A stretch of DNA of 64,000 bases from Patescibacteria group bacterium (GCA_041662585.1 JBAZSG010000001.1:130381-194380); one strand, 5' to 3'; shown: positions 37,316 through 48,948, numbered from the stretch's first letter. Notes: generated from the sequence alone by a model not told the origin. A program made the numbers and translations.

Positions 37316-38271
37316 TGGCCCAATTGGATTTAAACACCATAGCTTTATTCAAAGATTTAAACAATGACGAAATAGAACTCATCAAAAGTTTTTTGATTGA
37401 AGTATATTATAATCAAGATGATTTTATTTTTACGAAAAATAAAATACGAGATAGGATTATTATTGTTAATGAAGGTTTTGTGGTTTTGGAAACAGAATTA
37501 CAAGGCCCAAAAACTATTGCCTTATTTAAACAAGGTGATAGCTTGGGAGAGATGGCTCTGATAGAAAAATCTAGCCCCCATACATACAATGTCAAAGTAG
37601 TTAGCCAAAAATTTAGCGGCTTCGAATTATCTAGCTACAATTGGTATAGTATTATAAAAAAATCTCCACCCATTGCCGAAAAAATCTATAAAAACATAGC
37701 CCATAATCTAAAAAATAGATTGACTCATGCCAACAATAAACTAGTAGCCCTATTTACTACTGGTAAAATGATTGGTAGCTATGATAGTTTTTCTGAATTA
37801 AGTAAAGCGATTATAGAAATAATTTTAAGTATTATTCCCTCTGATAAGGCTTTGTTTTTGACCTATGCTCCTGAGACCAAAAAGGCATTGGTACACCAAA
37901 GTATTGGCTACCCAAAAATAAAAGAAGGTCAAAATATTGATGCTCACAAAGACAATGTATTAAATCTATTGGTCAAAGAGCCTGGTACTAGTATTTTCAA
38001 TATTGACTCTTGGCCAAGAGGATCTTCTGACCTCCCTTACAAATGCAATAATCTTATAATATCCCCAATTCATATCAAAAATAGAGTACTTGGTTTTATA
38101 ATCTTGGGAGATAGGACAGATAAAAACAATTTTTCTATAAACAACAAAATACTACTTCAAGCAATAGCTAGTCAGTTGGCCCCAGCTATAGAAGATATGA
38201 TTTGGGAAAAATTTTCTTCTGCGCAAGCTGAAATAAAGCAAATATATATTGACCCTTTTAGTAAACGCTAG
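37315..38271 (+). CDS. cyclic-nucleotide-binding domain + GAF-like domain regulatory protein
   Basis: CAP-family cNMP-binding region (GDSLGEMALI) N-terminal; C-terminal GAF-like segment; start overlaps the pilT stop by 1 nt. Confidence 0.55.
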   Translation: MAQLDLNTIALFKDLNNDEIELIKSFLIEVYYNQDDFIFTKNKIRDRIIIVNEGFVVLETELQGPKTIALFKQGDSLGEMALIEKSSPHTYNVKVVSQKFSGFELSSYNWYSIIKKSPPIAEKIYKNIAHNLKNRLTHANNKLVALFTTGKMIGSYDSFSELSKAIIEIILSIIPSDKALFLTYAPETKKALVHQSIGYPKIKEGQNIDAHKDNVLNLLVKEPGTSIFNIDSWPRGSSDLPYKCNNLIISPIHIKNRVLGFIILGDRTDKNNFSINNKILLQAIASQLAPAIEDMIWEKFSSAQAEIKQIYIDPFSKR

Positions 38272-38366
38272 TTTTTTAGACAAATACAACGGGATTGATT
38301 TATTTGAGCTATTGTGTTATAGTGCTGTGGCTCTATAGCTTTTTATAAGCTATTTTTAATTTCCAA

Positions 38367-38443
38367 GCACCTGTAGCTCAACTGGATAGAGCGGCTGGCT
38401 TCGGACCAGTAGGTTGTGGGTTCAAATCCTGCCAGGTGCACCA
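38367..38443 (+). tRNA. tRNA-Arg (anticodon TCG)
   Basis: Cloverleaf: acceptor GCACCTG/CAGGTGC, D-arm GCTC...GAGC, anticodon loop CTTCGGA, T-loop TTCAAAT, 3' CCA encoded. Confidence 0.6.
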
Positions 38444-38511
38444 TTCGACTCCGTCGCGTCAGACGCGACTTCGCTCATGGTCTTCAACCACAAAAATATA
38501 TTTAATTATTT

Positions 38512-38587
38512 TGCCCTTATAGCTCAGTTGGTAGAGCAGTTGCCTCTTAAGCAAACGGTCCCAGGTTCGAGTCCTGGTGGGGGCACC
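38512..38587 (+). tRNA. tRNA-Lys (anticodon CTT)
   Basis: Acceptor GCCCTTA/TGGGGGC, anticodon loop CTCTTAA, T-loop GGTTCGAGTCC, CCA encoded. Confidence 0.7.
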
Positions 38588-38689
38588 ACTTAAATAATCC
38601 TAATCGGATTGTTTTTTATTTTATCACAAACCTTTTATTATTGACTAAAACATTATATTATGCTAAAGTAAGGTGTTTATTAGTCCTCT

Positions 38690-38896
38690 TCACTTATTCA
38701 ATCCCCACGAAAGGTGGTGTTTATGTCCGGTTTTGGCAACCAAGGTCCCTTTGAATCAGTTGTCGCTATAGACAACATTGATTTCAATAGGAATCTGGAA
38801 GAAGAGCCAGACTCTTCGTTTCCCTTCGGTGCTGTCTTATCTCACGACTGAGAATCTCAGTTGACGGCGACGCGCTTGACGCGTCGCCGCTTTTTT
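38690..38896 (+). ncRNA. unclassified structured RNA candidate ending in a strong intrinsic terminator
   Basis: Several nested perfect hairpins (CCAC-GAAAG-GTGG; TCAGTTGTC-GCTATA-GACAACATTGA; GAAGAG-CCAGAC-TCTTC; terminator GGCGACGCG-CTTGA-CGCGTCGCC + T6). No ORF; GC far above surrounding intergenic DNA. Confidence 0.4.
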
Positions 38897-38942
38897 ACTA
38901 ATTTTACTTTCTTTTTACTTAAATATCTGTTAAATTATAGCT

Positions 38943-39845
38943 ATGGAAATAATATATAAAGACGAAGCCAAAGAACGTCTAGATAAATTTTTAATAAATC
39001 ATCTAGCTATTTCTCGCAGTCAAATAAAAAAAATTATTCTAGATAGTCAAGTAACGGTCAATGACAAAGTAGCTAGTGTCCATCATTGGCTTCGTAGTGG
39101 CGACAAAATATTATATAATCCTCAAGAAGAAAAAATAAATACTACTTTTTCTGCTGTCCCCAAAATCATAGACAAAAATGATGAATTTTTGATACTTGAA
39201 AAACCTCATGGGCTACTAGTACACGCTACTGATAAAGGAGAGGTAAATACTCTAGCTGATTGGGTAATGCAAGAATTTCCTGAATCTATCAAAATTGGTG
39301 ATGATCCAAATCGTCCCGCTATAGTACATAGATTGGATAAAGAGGTGTCAGGACTCATGGTTATCCCGTTGACTCAAGATAGTTTTGATAATCTAAAAAA
39401 ACAATTTCAAGATAGGACTATTACCAAAGAATATACTGCCCTAGTGCATGGACAACTGTTAAATACCAAAGGTGAAATCAATACTCCTATTGAACGTGAC
39501 AAAAAAACTGGTCTAATGAAAGTACAATCTGGTCACTTTAGTGGTAAGTCAGCTTTGACTACTTATGAAATCATTAAAAAATTTATAAATTATACTTTGG
39601 TCAAAGTAAAGATAAAAACCGGTCGTATGCACCAAATCAGAGTTCATTTTTATAGTATTGGGCACTCTATTGTTGGCGACAAGCTATATCAAACCAAAGA
39701 TTTGCGCAAAAAGAAAAAAGTATTGGAACAAAGAATTTTTCTACACGCTCATTATCTAAAATTCCAAGATTTGGCAGGTAATTCACATGAGTATCATTCC
39801 AAGTTACCGGCTATTCTTCAAGATTTTTTAAATAAATTAAAATAA
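38943..39845 (+). CDS. rluD: RluA-family 23S rRNA pseudouridine synthase (RluD-like)
   Basis: S4-like N-terminus, HRLDKEVSGLMV catalytic Asp motif; 300 aa. Confidence 0.8.
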   Translation: MEIIYKDEAKERLDKFLINHLAISRSQIKKIILDSQVTVNDKVASVHHWLRSGDKILYNPQEEKINTTFSAVPKIIDKNDEFLILEKPHGLLVHATDKGEVNTLADWVMQEFPESIKIGDDPNRPAIVHRLDKEVSGLMVIPLTQDSFDNLKKQFQDRTITKEYTALVHGQLLNTKGEINTPIERDKKTGLMKVQSGHFSGKSALTTYEIIKKFINYTLVKVKIKTGRMHQIRVHFYSIGHSIVGDKLYQTKDLRKKKKVLEQRIFLHAHYLKFQDLAGNSHEYHSKLPAILQDFLNKLK

Positions 39846-40402
39846 TGAAAAGTGAAAAAATAATTGCCATCATTACTGGACCATCTGCAGTTGGTAAAAC
39901 TACTATTGCCAAAGAAGTTTTGCGTCGTTTAAAAAGCTTTAAAGCTTCTACCACTTATACTACTCGTCCTAAAAGAGACAAAGATACGGAAGATAAAATA
40001 ATGTATTATGTGTCTGAAACAGAATTTCGTAGTATGATAGATGATGACCAGTTTATTGAATGGGCTCAGGTACATGACAATTTTTATGGAACAAGTAAAA
40101 AAGCTTTAGAAGAAACTCTAAAAACCCACAATGTATTGATGAATATTGATGTTCAGGGCGCCAAAATTATCAAAAAAAAATTTGCCAAACATATATCTAT
40201 TTTTATACTTCCTGAACATATAGAAGATATAGCCAGCCGAATCCAACAAAGAGACATGACCAAGATTATGAAAAATCTACGAATAGAAAATGCCAAATTA
40301 GAAATGTCTCAGGCTGATCATTTTGATTATAAAATCGTAAACTACAATAACAAAATAGAGCTGGCTATAGAAAAAATAGTAAAAATATTAGCCAAATACT
40401 AA
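39845..40402 (+). CDS. gmk: guanylate kinase
   Basis: GPSAVGKTT P-loop, TTRPKRDKDTE...Y.VSETEF GMP-binding region; 185 aa. Confidence 0.7.
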   Translation: MKSEKIIAIITGPSAVGKTTIAKEVLRRLKSFKASTTYTTRPKRDKDTEDKIMYYVSETEFRSMIDDDQFIEWAQVHDNFYGTSKKALEETLKTHNVLMNIDVQGAKIIKKKFAKHISIFILPEHIEDIASRIQQRDMTKIMKNLRIENAKLEMSQADHFDYKIVNYNNKIELAIEKIVKILAKY

Positions 40403-40534
40403 ATATTTATAATATTTGTAAGTAAATAAGCCTTTATAGCCAAAACAAGCCTACACCTATTATATTGACAAAATAGCCAAAATCGGCTAGAATAGATACG
40501 TCATTATTTTACTGATGGCTTTTTTTATCCTCCT

Positions 40535-40996
40535 TTGGGTGATTTAGCCACATTAATAATAAGAGATTCAATAAACAATAATCATACAATTATGTCTGAA
40601 GACAAAACAACCAGCAAAAAAGAAGAACCTCTAGCTACTGAAAAAACAGTAAAACCTACTGAAAATAAGAAAAATACTACAAGTAATACTGAGCTCAAAC
40701 CTGGTATGACTGTTCGTGTTCACGAAACAATCAGAGAAAAAAATGCCAAGGGTGAAGAAAAAGAAAGAGTTCAAATTTTTGAAGGCATCATCTTGGCCAA
40801 AAAGCATAGATCAGAAATAGGCGCTACTATTACTGTCCGAAAACTATCTGATGGAATTGGTGTTGAAAAAATATTCCCAATCCATTCACCACTTATTGTA
40901 AAAATAGTTCCTGTAAAACAAGCCGTTGTAAAACGTGCCAAACTTGCCTATCTTAGAGATTACAAGAAAAAACTTAAAGAAACCAAAATTTCCTAA
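40535..40996 (+). CDS. rplS: ribosomal protein L19 with N-terminal low-complexity extension (true start possibly ATG at 40591)
   Basis: GMTVRVHETIREKNAKGEEKERVQIFEGIIL...LIVKI typical of bL19. Confidence 0.85.
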   Translation: MGDLATLIIRDSINNNHTIMSEDKTTSKKEEPLATEKTVKPTENKKNTTSNTELKPGMTVRVHETIREKNAKGEEKERVQIFEGIILAKKHRSEIGATITVRKLSDGIGVEKIFPIHSPLIVKIVPVKQAVVKRAKLAYLRDYKKKLKETKIS

Positions 40997-41005
40997 AACT
41001 CCTTG

Positions 41006-41095
41006 GCGGGCGTGGTGAAATTGGTAGACACGCAAGGTTGAGGGCCTTGTCCTAAACACTTTGGGGTGGAGGTTCAAATCCTCTCGCCCGCACCA
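41006..41095 (+). tRNA. tRNA-Leu (anticodon GAG), long variable arm
   Basis: Acceptor GCGGGCG/CGCCCGC, anticodon loop TTGAGGG, long extra arm, CCA encoded. Confidence 0.7.
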
Positions 41096-41139
41096 AAAAT
41101 GGTTTCCCGCGAAGCGGGACCACGCCAATTATTAAATAA

Positions 41140-41216
41140 GGGCTGTTAGCTCAGTTGGCTAGAGCGCCTCGCTTGCACCGAGGAGGTCGCAGGTTCGACT
41201 CCTGTACAGTCCACCA
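41140..41216 (+). tRNA. tRNA-Ala (anticodon TGC)
   Basis: Acceptor GGGCTGT with G3:U70-type pair, anticodon loop CTTGCAC, T-loop GGTTCGACTCC, CCA encoded. Confidence 0.7.
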
Positions 41217-41322
41217 CGTAAACTCACTTCGTTCGTCACGTGGCACAGCCACATTTGAAAATTAAAATACATTTAGAGCTACAAAACTAGGCGCGTCGCG
41301 TGGTTGTGTAGCAACTTTACGC

Positions 41323-41399
41323 GGGCGCTTAGCTCAGCTGGCTAGAGCATCTCGTTTACACCGAGAGGGTCAGGGGTTCGAATCCCTTAGCGCCCACCA
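41323..41399 (+). tRNA. tRNA-Val (anticodon TAC)
   Basis: Acceptor GGGCGCT/AGCGCCC, anticodon loop TTTACAC, T-loop GGTTCGAATCC, CCA encoded. Confidence 0.7.
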
Positions 41400-41483
41400 A
41401 AAAAACCGTCTTGCCTAGTAAGGCTGTTTTTTATTTGACAAATATAGATAATTTGTTAATATAAATAGCACGTTGACAATCAA

Positions 41484-41662
41484 ATATTTATCAAGAGTAC
41501 TATCTGCCAAGGGACTGGCCCGATGATAGTCAGCAACCGACTAATAAATAGCCTCGGTGCTAAATCCAGCCCAAGCGGGGAAGATAACACACTGAAATAG
41601 TTCTTGTCCAAGGACTTTTTTTAATTTAAATCGACTAATCTTCCCGAACAGATTAGTTTTTT
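41484..41662 (+). promoter_or_regulatory. S-box (SAM-I) riboswitch-like aptamer plus terminator/attenuator hairpin
   Basis: ATCAAGAG...CCAAGGGACTGGCCCGATGA...GCAACC...GGTGCTAAATCCAGC...GATAA matches the conserved S-box core and P1 closure; hairpin ACTAATCT-TCCCGAAC-AGATTAGT + T6 at 41634-41662. Confidence 0.6.
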
Positions 41663-41729
41663 AATTGTTCATTACAATCTTGCAAAAGATAGGCCCAAAC
41701 CCTAAGCAACAAAACACAAGAGGTGAAAA

Positions 41730-41837
41730 ATGAATTACCGAACAAAAACTTGCCCACACTGTCATTTCAAAATTTACCTTTGGTTTATCAAGCTGTGGGG
41801 CACATGTGCTTTGTGCAATAAAAGAATAAAAGCTTGA
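41730..41837 (+). CDS. 35-aa Cys-rich micro-ORF (zinc-ribbon-like) downstream of the S-box element
   Basis: MNYRTKTCPHCHFKIYLWFIKLWGTCALCNKRIKA; SD AGAGGTG 5 nt upstream; strong terminator follows. Replaces the antisense track ORF 41661..41843. Confidence 0.4.
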   Translation: MNYRTKTCPHCHFKIYLWFIKLWGTCALCNKRIKA

Positions 41838-41855
41838 TGACAATTTTATTCTTGG

Positions 41856-41895
41856 TCGGCTGACAATTTTTTGTCAGCCGATTTTTTATTTTTTA
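41856..41895 (+). terminator. strong intrinsic terminator
   Basis: TCGGCTGACAA-TTTTTT-GTCAGCCGA followed by TTTTTTATTTTTT. Confidence 0.75.
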
Positions 41896-42035
41896 AAAAA
41901 TTATCCACAAAAATAAAAAATTTAACAAAAACTATTCTCTTGTTTTAAAAAATGTGGTATAATAAAGATTGTTAGAAATATATATTTTTTATTTAAAATA
42001 AATTTCTAAATAAAATAAACTTTAATTTATTTCTT

Positions 42036-42296
42036 ATGAGCTTTGGAAATTTTTTTGCCGGAATATTAATAGCTGCTGTTGGTTATCTACTAATTTGGAA
42101 ATCAGAATGGTTATTAAATAATTTTGGTCGCATTGGTTGGGCAGAAAAACATTTGGGTAGCGAAGGTGGTAGTAGATTAATGTATAAATTAATTGGAACA
42201 ATCATAATAATAGCCGGCTTTTTGAAAGCTACAAATCTAAGTGAAACTTTCATAAAATGGGTTGCTAGTGCTATTTTTGGGGCTAAAATACAATAA
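42036..42296 (+). CDS. 2-TM small membrane protein
   Basis: 86 aa, two hydrophobic helices. Confidence 0.4.
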   Translation: MSFGNFFAGILIAAVGYLLIWKSEWLLNNFGRIGWAEKHLGSEGGSRLMYKLIGTIIIIAGFLKATNLSETFIKWVASAIFGAKIQ

Positions 42297-42352
42297 AAAT
42301 AAAAGTCAAAATATTTGACCTAAAATCTAAAACAAGGAAGGAGGTGGAAAAA

Positions 42353-42472
42353 GTGAAAAAGAAAACTACAAAGAAAAAAGCTACTAAGAAAACTGCTAAA
42401 AAGAAAGTAGCTAAGAAAACTGCTAAAAAGAAACCTGCTAAAAGAAAAGCAGTTCGCAGAAAGAAAAAATAA
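42353..42472 (+). CDS. 39-aa lysine/alanine-rich histone-H1-like basic peptide (GTG start)
   Basis: VKKKTTKKKATKKTAKKKVAKKTAKKKPAKRKAVRRKKK with perfect SD AGGAGGTG 6 nt upstream; followed by a GC hairpin + T tract. Replaces the antisense track ORF 42283..42483. Confidence 0.45.
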   Translation: MKKKTTKKKATKKTAKKKVAKKTAKKKPAKRKAVRRKKK

Positions 42473-42535
42473 AAATTTCTCAAAAAAATAAAGACCTATT
42501 TACATCCAGTGGAGTAAGTGGGTTTTTATTTTTAA

Positions 42536-42594
42536 TCCCCCTTTGACAAGGGGGACTTTGTTTTTATCAGGCTCCTCCCCTGTTAAGGGGAGCT
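42536..42594. terminator. pair of GC-rich hairpins between convergent genes
   Basis: CCCCCT-TTGACA-AGGGGG followed by T-rich run, then CTCCCC-TGTTAA-GGGGAG. Confidence 0.5.
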
Positions 42595-42603
42595 TGGGAG
42601 GGG

Positions 42604-43881
42604 TTAAAACAATTCTCCTTGTTTATTATTTTTGGCTTCTTCTTTTTCTGCTTTAGAAAATATTTCTACTTTACCATATTGCCCATCAAAACCAGGAATT
42701 ATTTTTATTTTATTTTGTCGCATTTTTAAAATGCCTTCAGCCAAAACATCTGGCATTATTTTTTTTAATTCTGTCTCTGACAAATCAAGCAATACTTTGA
42801 ATTCATTACCACCATCAACTGACGGATTGCTTATAATATCTAAAAATAATTTTTGTACACGCTGAGAGCCTCTACCCATGCCATAATAATCCGCAATTAT
42901 ATTTGGTAGTGGTATTATGCTCTTATATGGAATATGTTTTGTTTTATCTACTTTAGATTCACTAATATTAGACAATTTATTTACCTGTGATAATACACCG
43001 ATAGTTAATGGCTTTTTGCATTTAGGGCACACTCCTTTAAGCTTTTCTGTCTCTTTGGGTAAACAGAAAAATTCACAATCTCTATGACCGTCTACATGAT
43101 ACATGCCTTCGGCTGGATAAAATTCTATCGTATACAAAAATCTTTGCTTATCTTTTTTGGCTATTATATCTACAATTTCATCATAAGTTTTATTTTTGAG
43201 ATCCATGACATTGGCCTCTCGACCAATCTGTGGTCCACTGTGTGCATCTGAATTTGATACCAAAGTAATATTATCAAGCTCTTTCAAACGCCAATTCATT
43301 ATCGGATCAGATGATAAGCCAGTTTCAATGGCTTTAATATGGGGGGTCAATTCTTCAAAACATTCTGTTAAACTAGCAAAACCAGATTTTGAACCAAAAA
43401 CGGCAAACCAAGGCGTCCAAGCGTGAGCTGGAATCATCATGGTTCTTTCATCAATATCTAGCATAATTTGCAAAACCTCTTTGGCACTCATACCCAGTAT
43501 TGGTCGACCATCAGAAGCGAGTTTTGCTCCTCTATCTTCTAAGGCTTGATTAAATTTTCCAGCTGCTTCTAAATCTGGCATTAAAATACAAAGATGTAAT
43601 CTTCTGGTTTTATCAGCTTGTCTATATATACAAGAAATTTCTGTTGAAATAATAAATCTGACTTTAGAATCTGAGTTTTTCAGCTTATATAAGCCACTTT
43701 GGCCAACTTGTTCTAAATTTGTGTTCAGATTTTTATACCAAGCTGGATGAGTAAAATCAGCACAAGATATAATATCTACACCCTTGATTTCAGACCATTT
43801 GACCATTTCTGCCAAATCAAAAAACTTGGACGTCGCCCGAGCATATTTACTATGAATATGTAAGTCTATTATCTGTCTCAT
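42604..43881 (-). CDS. PHP-domain metal-dependent phosphoesterase
   Basis: N-terminal IIDLHIHSKYA PHP motif I, downstream His/Asp motifs; 425 aa. Confidence 0.65.
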   Translation of the reverse strand: MRQIIDLHIHSKYARATSKFFDLAEMVKWSEIKGVDIISCADFTHPAWYKNLNTNLEQVGQSGLYKLKNSDSKVRFIISTEISCIYRQADKTRRLHLCILMPDLEAAGKFNQALEDRGAKLASDGRPILGMSAKEVLQIMLDIDERTMMIPAHAWTPWFAVFGSKSGFASLTECFEELTPHIKAIETGLSSDPIMNWRLKELDNITLVSNSDAHSGPQIGREANVMDLKNKTYDEIVDIIAKKDKQRFLYTIEFYPAEGMYHVDGHRDCEFFCLPKETEKLKGVCPKCKKPLTIGVLSQVNKLSNISESKVDKTKHIPYKSIIPLPNIIADYYGMGRGSQRVQKLFLDIISNPSVDGGNEFKVLLDLSETELKKIMPDVLAEGILKMRQNKIKIIPGFDGQYGKVEIFSKAEKEEAKNNKQGELF

Positions 43882-43919
43882 AAAATCATCTTAACAAAAC
43901 TAAGACAAAAAGAAAAGCA

Positions 43920-43942
43920 CCTCCTCAGCGTGGCTGAGGAGG
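43920..43942 (-). terminator. intrinsic terminator for the GC-rich membrane-protein gene
   Basis: CCTCCTCAG-CGTGG-CTGAGGAGG with an A-tract on the plus strand below it (U-tract on the minus transcript). Confidence 0.6.
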
Positions 43943-43961
43943 GCTTAGCTATTTTTTCCTC

Positions 43962-44795
43962 CTAAAATAGAATGCACCCGAAAGTAACTAGCATCAAAAA
44001 ACTGCCCAACAAAATGTAGGCTGATTCTTTTTTCTCCTTACCGGGCTGACTGAAAGCCAGCGAGTAGCTAGTCATCAGAAATAAGCCAAGGCTTAAAACA
44101 TACGGTATCATAGTATACCAGTTATAGCTGATCAGCTTAGTGCCGAAAACTACCGACACAACAGTCGTTGCAAACATTAGCCCAGAGGCTATGCGTCTAG
44201 CCGGCATTACTCCTAGCCACAATGGCAAGGTAAGACGATGTCCATGATTGACCACTCGGTCTTGGATGTCTTTGACCACCTCTCTGGTGAGATAAGTCAA
44301 AAATGTCACACCGATTCCATATGGTACGGCCGGATGCAGGCGGTGACCAGCTAACCAACCGAGCAAAACCGGAGAGGCACAAACAAAGGCCATCAGAATA
44401 TTTTTGGTTAACCAATGACGGGACAACAGGCCAGCATAGGCCACTATAATTAGCGCATCTAGTGCCACTACTATCTGACAAGCGGCGTTTAGATAATTAA
44501 CGGCTAGATATACTGCCAAGGCCAGACCTAAGACGCCTAGGCCAATCAATGCTCTGCGAACAAACGGCTCGACAGATAAAACCTCGTTTTTTCTGGCATA
44601 CATAGAGTTGGCCGCACCGAAATGGTATAGGCTAGCTGATAGAACTGACAATCCCATCACAGCTGGTGAAACAACCTTGGCGGTTGTAAACCAATATGGG
44701 CCATTGGACAACATGGCAATTACCCAAGTAGCCATGGCCGCAAAAACACTAAGCCAAAAACGAGATACCTTGAGACACAAGACTATGGAGCTCAC
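43962..44795 (-). CDS. polytopic membrane protein (hypothetical) in a GC-rich block
   Basis: 277 aa, about 8 hydrophobic helices, local GC about 50%. Confidence 0.5.
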   Translation of the reverse strand: MSSIVLCLKVSRFWLSVFAAMATWVIAMLSNGPYWFTTAKVVSPAVMGLSVLSASLYHFGAANSMYARKNEVLSVEPFVRRALIGLGVLGLALAVYLAVNYLNAACQIVVALDALIIVAYAGLLSRHWLTKNILMAFVCASPVLLGWLAGHRLHPAVPYGIGVTFLTYLTREVVKDIQDRVVNHGHRLTLPLWLGVMPARRIASGLMFATTVVSVVFGTKLISYNWYTMIPYVLSLGLFLMTSYSLAFSQPGKEKKESAYILLGSFLMLVTFGCILF

Positions 44796-44950
44796 TGGAC
44801 TCTCCTTTCTATTTTCTATTTAAAGCAACAATTAACACCTTATATTGTCATAAATACATGTCCTTGTCAATTACCACCAGTTGACTCAATCTAATATATA
44901 TATTAATGTATAAAAAAACAATGTTCAATCCATAAAACCGGAGCTAAATA

Positions 44951-45139
44951 ATGTTTCAAAAAAATGCTTTGCCAGCTATTATAGCTGAGCACAGGGACTG
45001 CCAATATCCAGAGTGTGGTCGAATTGCTGTTGAGATTGTATCATTCACAGTCAATGGCAAAAAAACAGAAGGTGCTTTCTGCAAGCACCACGCCAAAGAA
45101 TTTGACGGAGCACCATTAATGCGCGCTCCCTGGCAATAA
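44951..45139 (+). CDS. small Cys/His-containing hypothetical protein in a GC-rich block
   Basis: 62 aa, CQYPECGR...CKHH pattern; GC about 50%. Confidence 0.3.
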   Translation: MFQKNALPAIIAEHRDCQYPECGRIAVEIVSFTVNGKKTEGAFCKHHAKEFDGAPLMRAPWQ

Positions 45140-45228
45140 TCCAAACAAATAAAGAGGGCCCAAGCCCTCTTTTAATTTTGAGCAAAAACAAAAAACGATA
45201 GGTGTGTGTAAATTAGAGAAAAAGGCTT

Positions 45229-45350
45229 AATTCTCGCGACGACCTACTCTCGCAGCCCTAATGGGCTACTACCATCGGCGCTGAGCTTCTTAACTGCTGA
45301 GTTCGGAATGGGATCAGGTGTTACAAACTCGCTGGTGCCACGAGAATAAA
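45229..45350 (-). rRNA. rrf: 5S ribosomal RNA
   Basis: Reverse complement reads ...GGCACCAGCGAGTTTGTAACACCTGATCCCATTCCGAACTCAGCAGTTAAGAAGCTCAGCGCCGATGGTAGTAGCCCATTAGGGCTGCGAGAGTAGG... with 5S helix I closure. Confidence 0.85.
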
Positions 45351-45597
45351 ACCTTCTTCTTTATCTAATTTATTACACAAGTATCGTTTTATGCTACTTG
45401 TTGTTTGAATGAAGTAAGAAAAAATATTACTCCTAAAAATACAATCAGTATTAGAAAGATCAAAATTACTTTGATCATTCCAGTGTGTTTATCAATGTTC
45501 ATGAGCTTATAAAAATATCACTTATAAGACTCCATTCTCGCCAAAGCGAGATCCACTTATTACTTTTTTGTAATCAGTGGAAAAACTTCCAAAATTT

Positions 45598-48708
<3,111 letters not shown>

Positions 48709-48948
48709 ATCAAAAATTCTGAAAACTTTTAATGGATTTAATTTTGGATATAATTTTTTTTATATCTATACGAGATATTTTTATATAAAGATGCTCATAA
48801 ACATTGTTGATATTTATGATTTGTATTTTATTCAATTATCAAGGTTCATATTGCTTAACAAGCAATAAGTAGCTTTTTAAAAAAGTCGCGTAAGCCTACT
48901 TATTTAAAAAACTACTTGCTACTCATTAATTTTTAGAGGTCTCAAAAA

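Noticed and set aside
38360-41400. tRNA cluster as an integration hotspot / mobile-element boundary
   Set aside because: No integrase, recombinase, direct repeats of tRNA 3' ends, or phage-like genes nearby. The flanks are housekeeping genes (rluD, gmk, rplS).
41400-41440. Terminator immediately after tRNA-Val (AAAAAACCGTCTTGCCTAGTAAGGCTGTTTTTT)
   Set aside because: Flanking A/T tracts suggest a terminator, but I could not find a convincing complementary stem by eye.
41661-41843. Minus-strand 60-aa ORF overlapping the riboswitch-associated micro-ORF
   Set aside because: No SD, odd composition. The plus-strand 35-aa Cys-rich ORF has an SD and sits between an attenuator and a terminator, so I prefer it.
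42283-42483. Minus-strand 66-aa ORF (FFFLRTAFLLAGFF...)
   Set aside because: It is the antisense reading of the lysine-codon-rich (AAG/AAA) plus-strand H1-like micro-gene, which has a perfect SD and terminator. I prefer the plus-strand frame.
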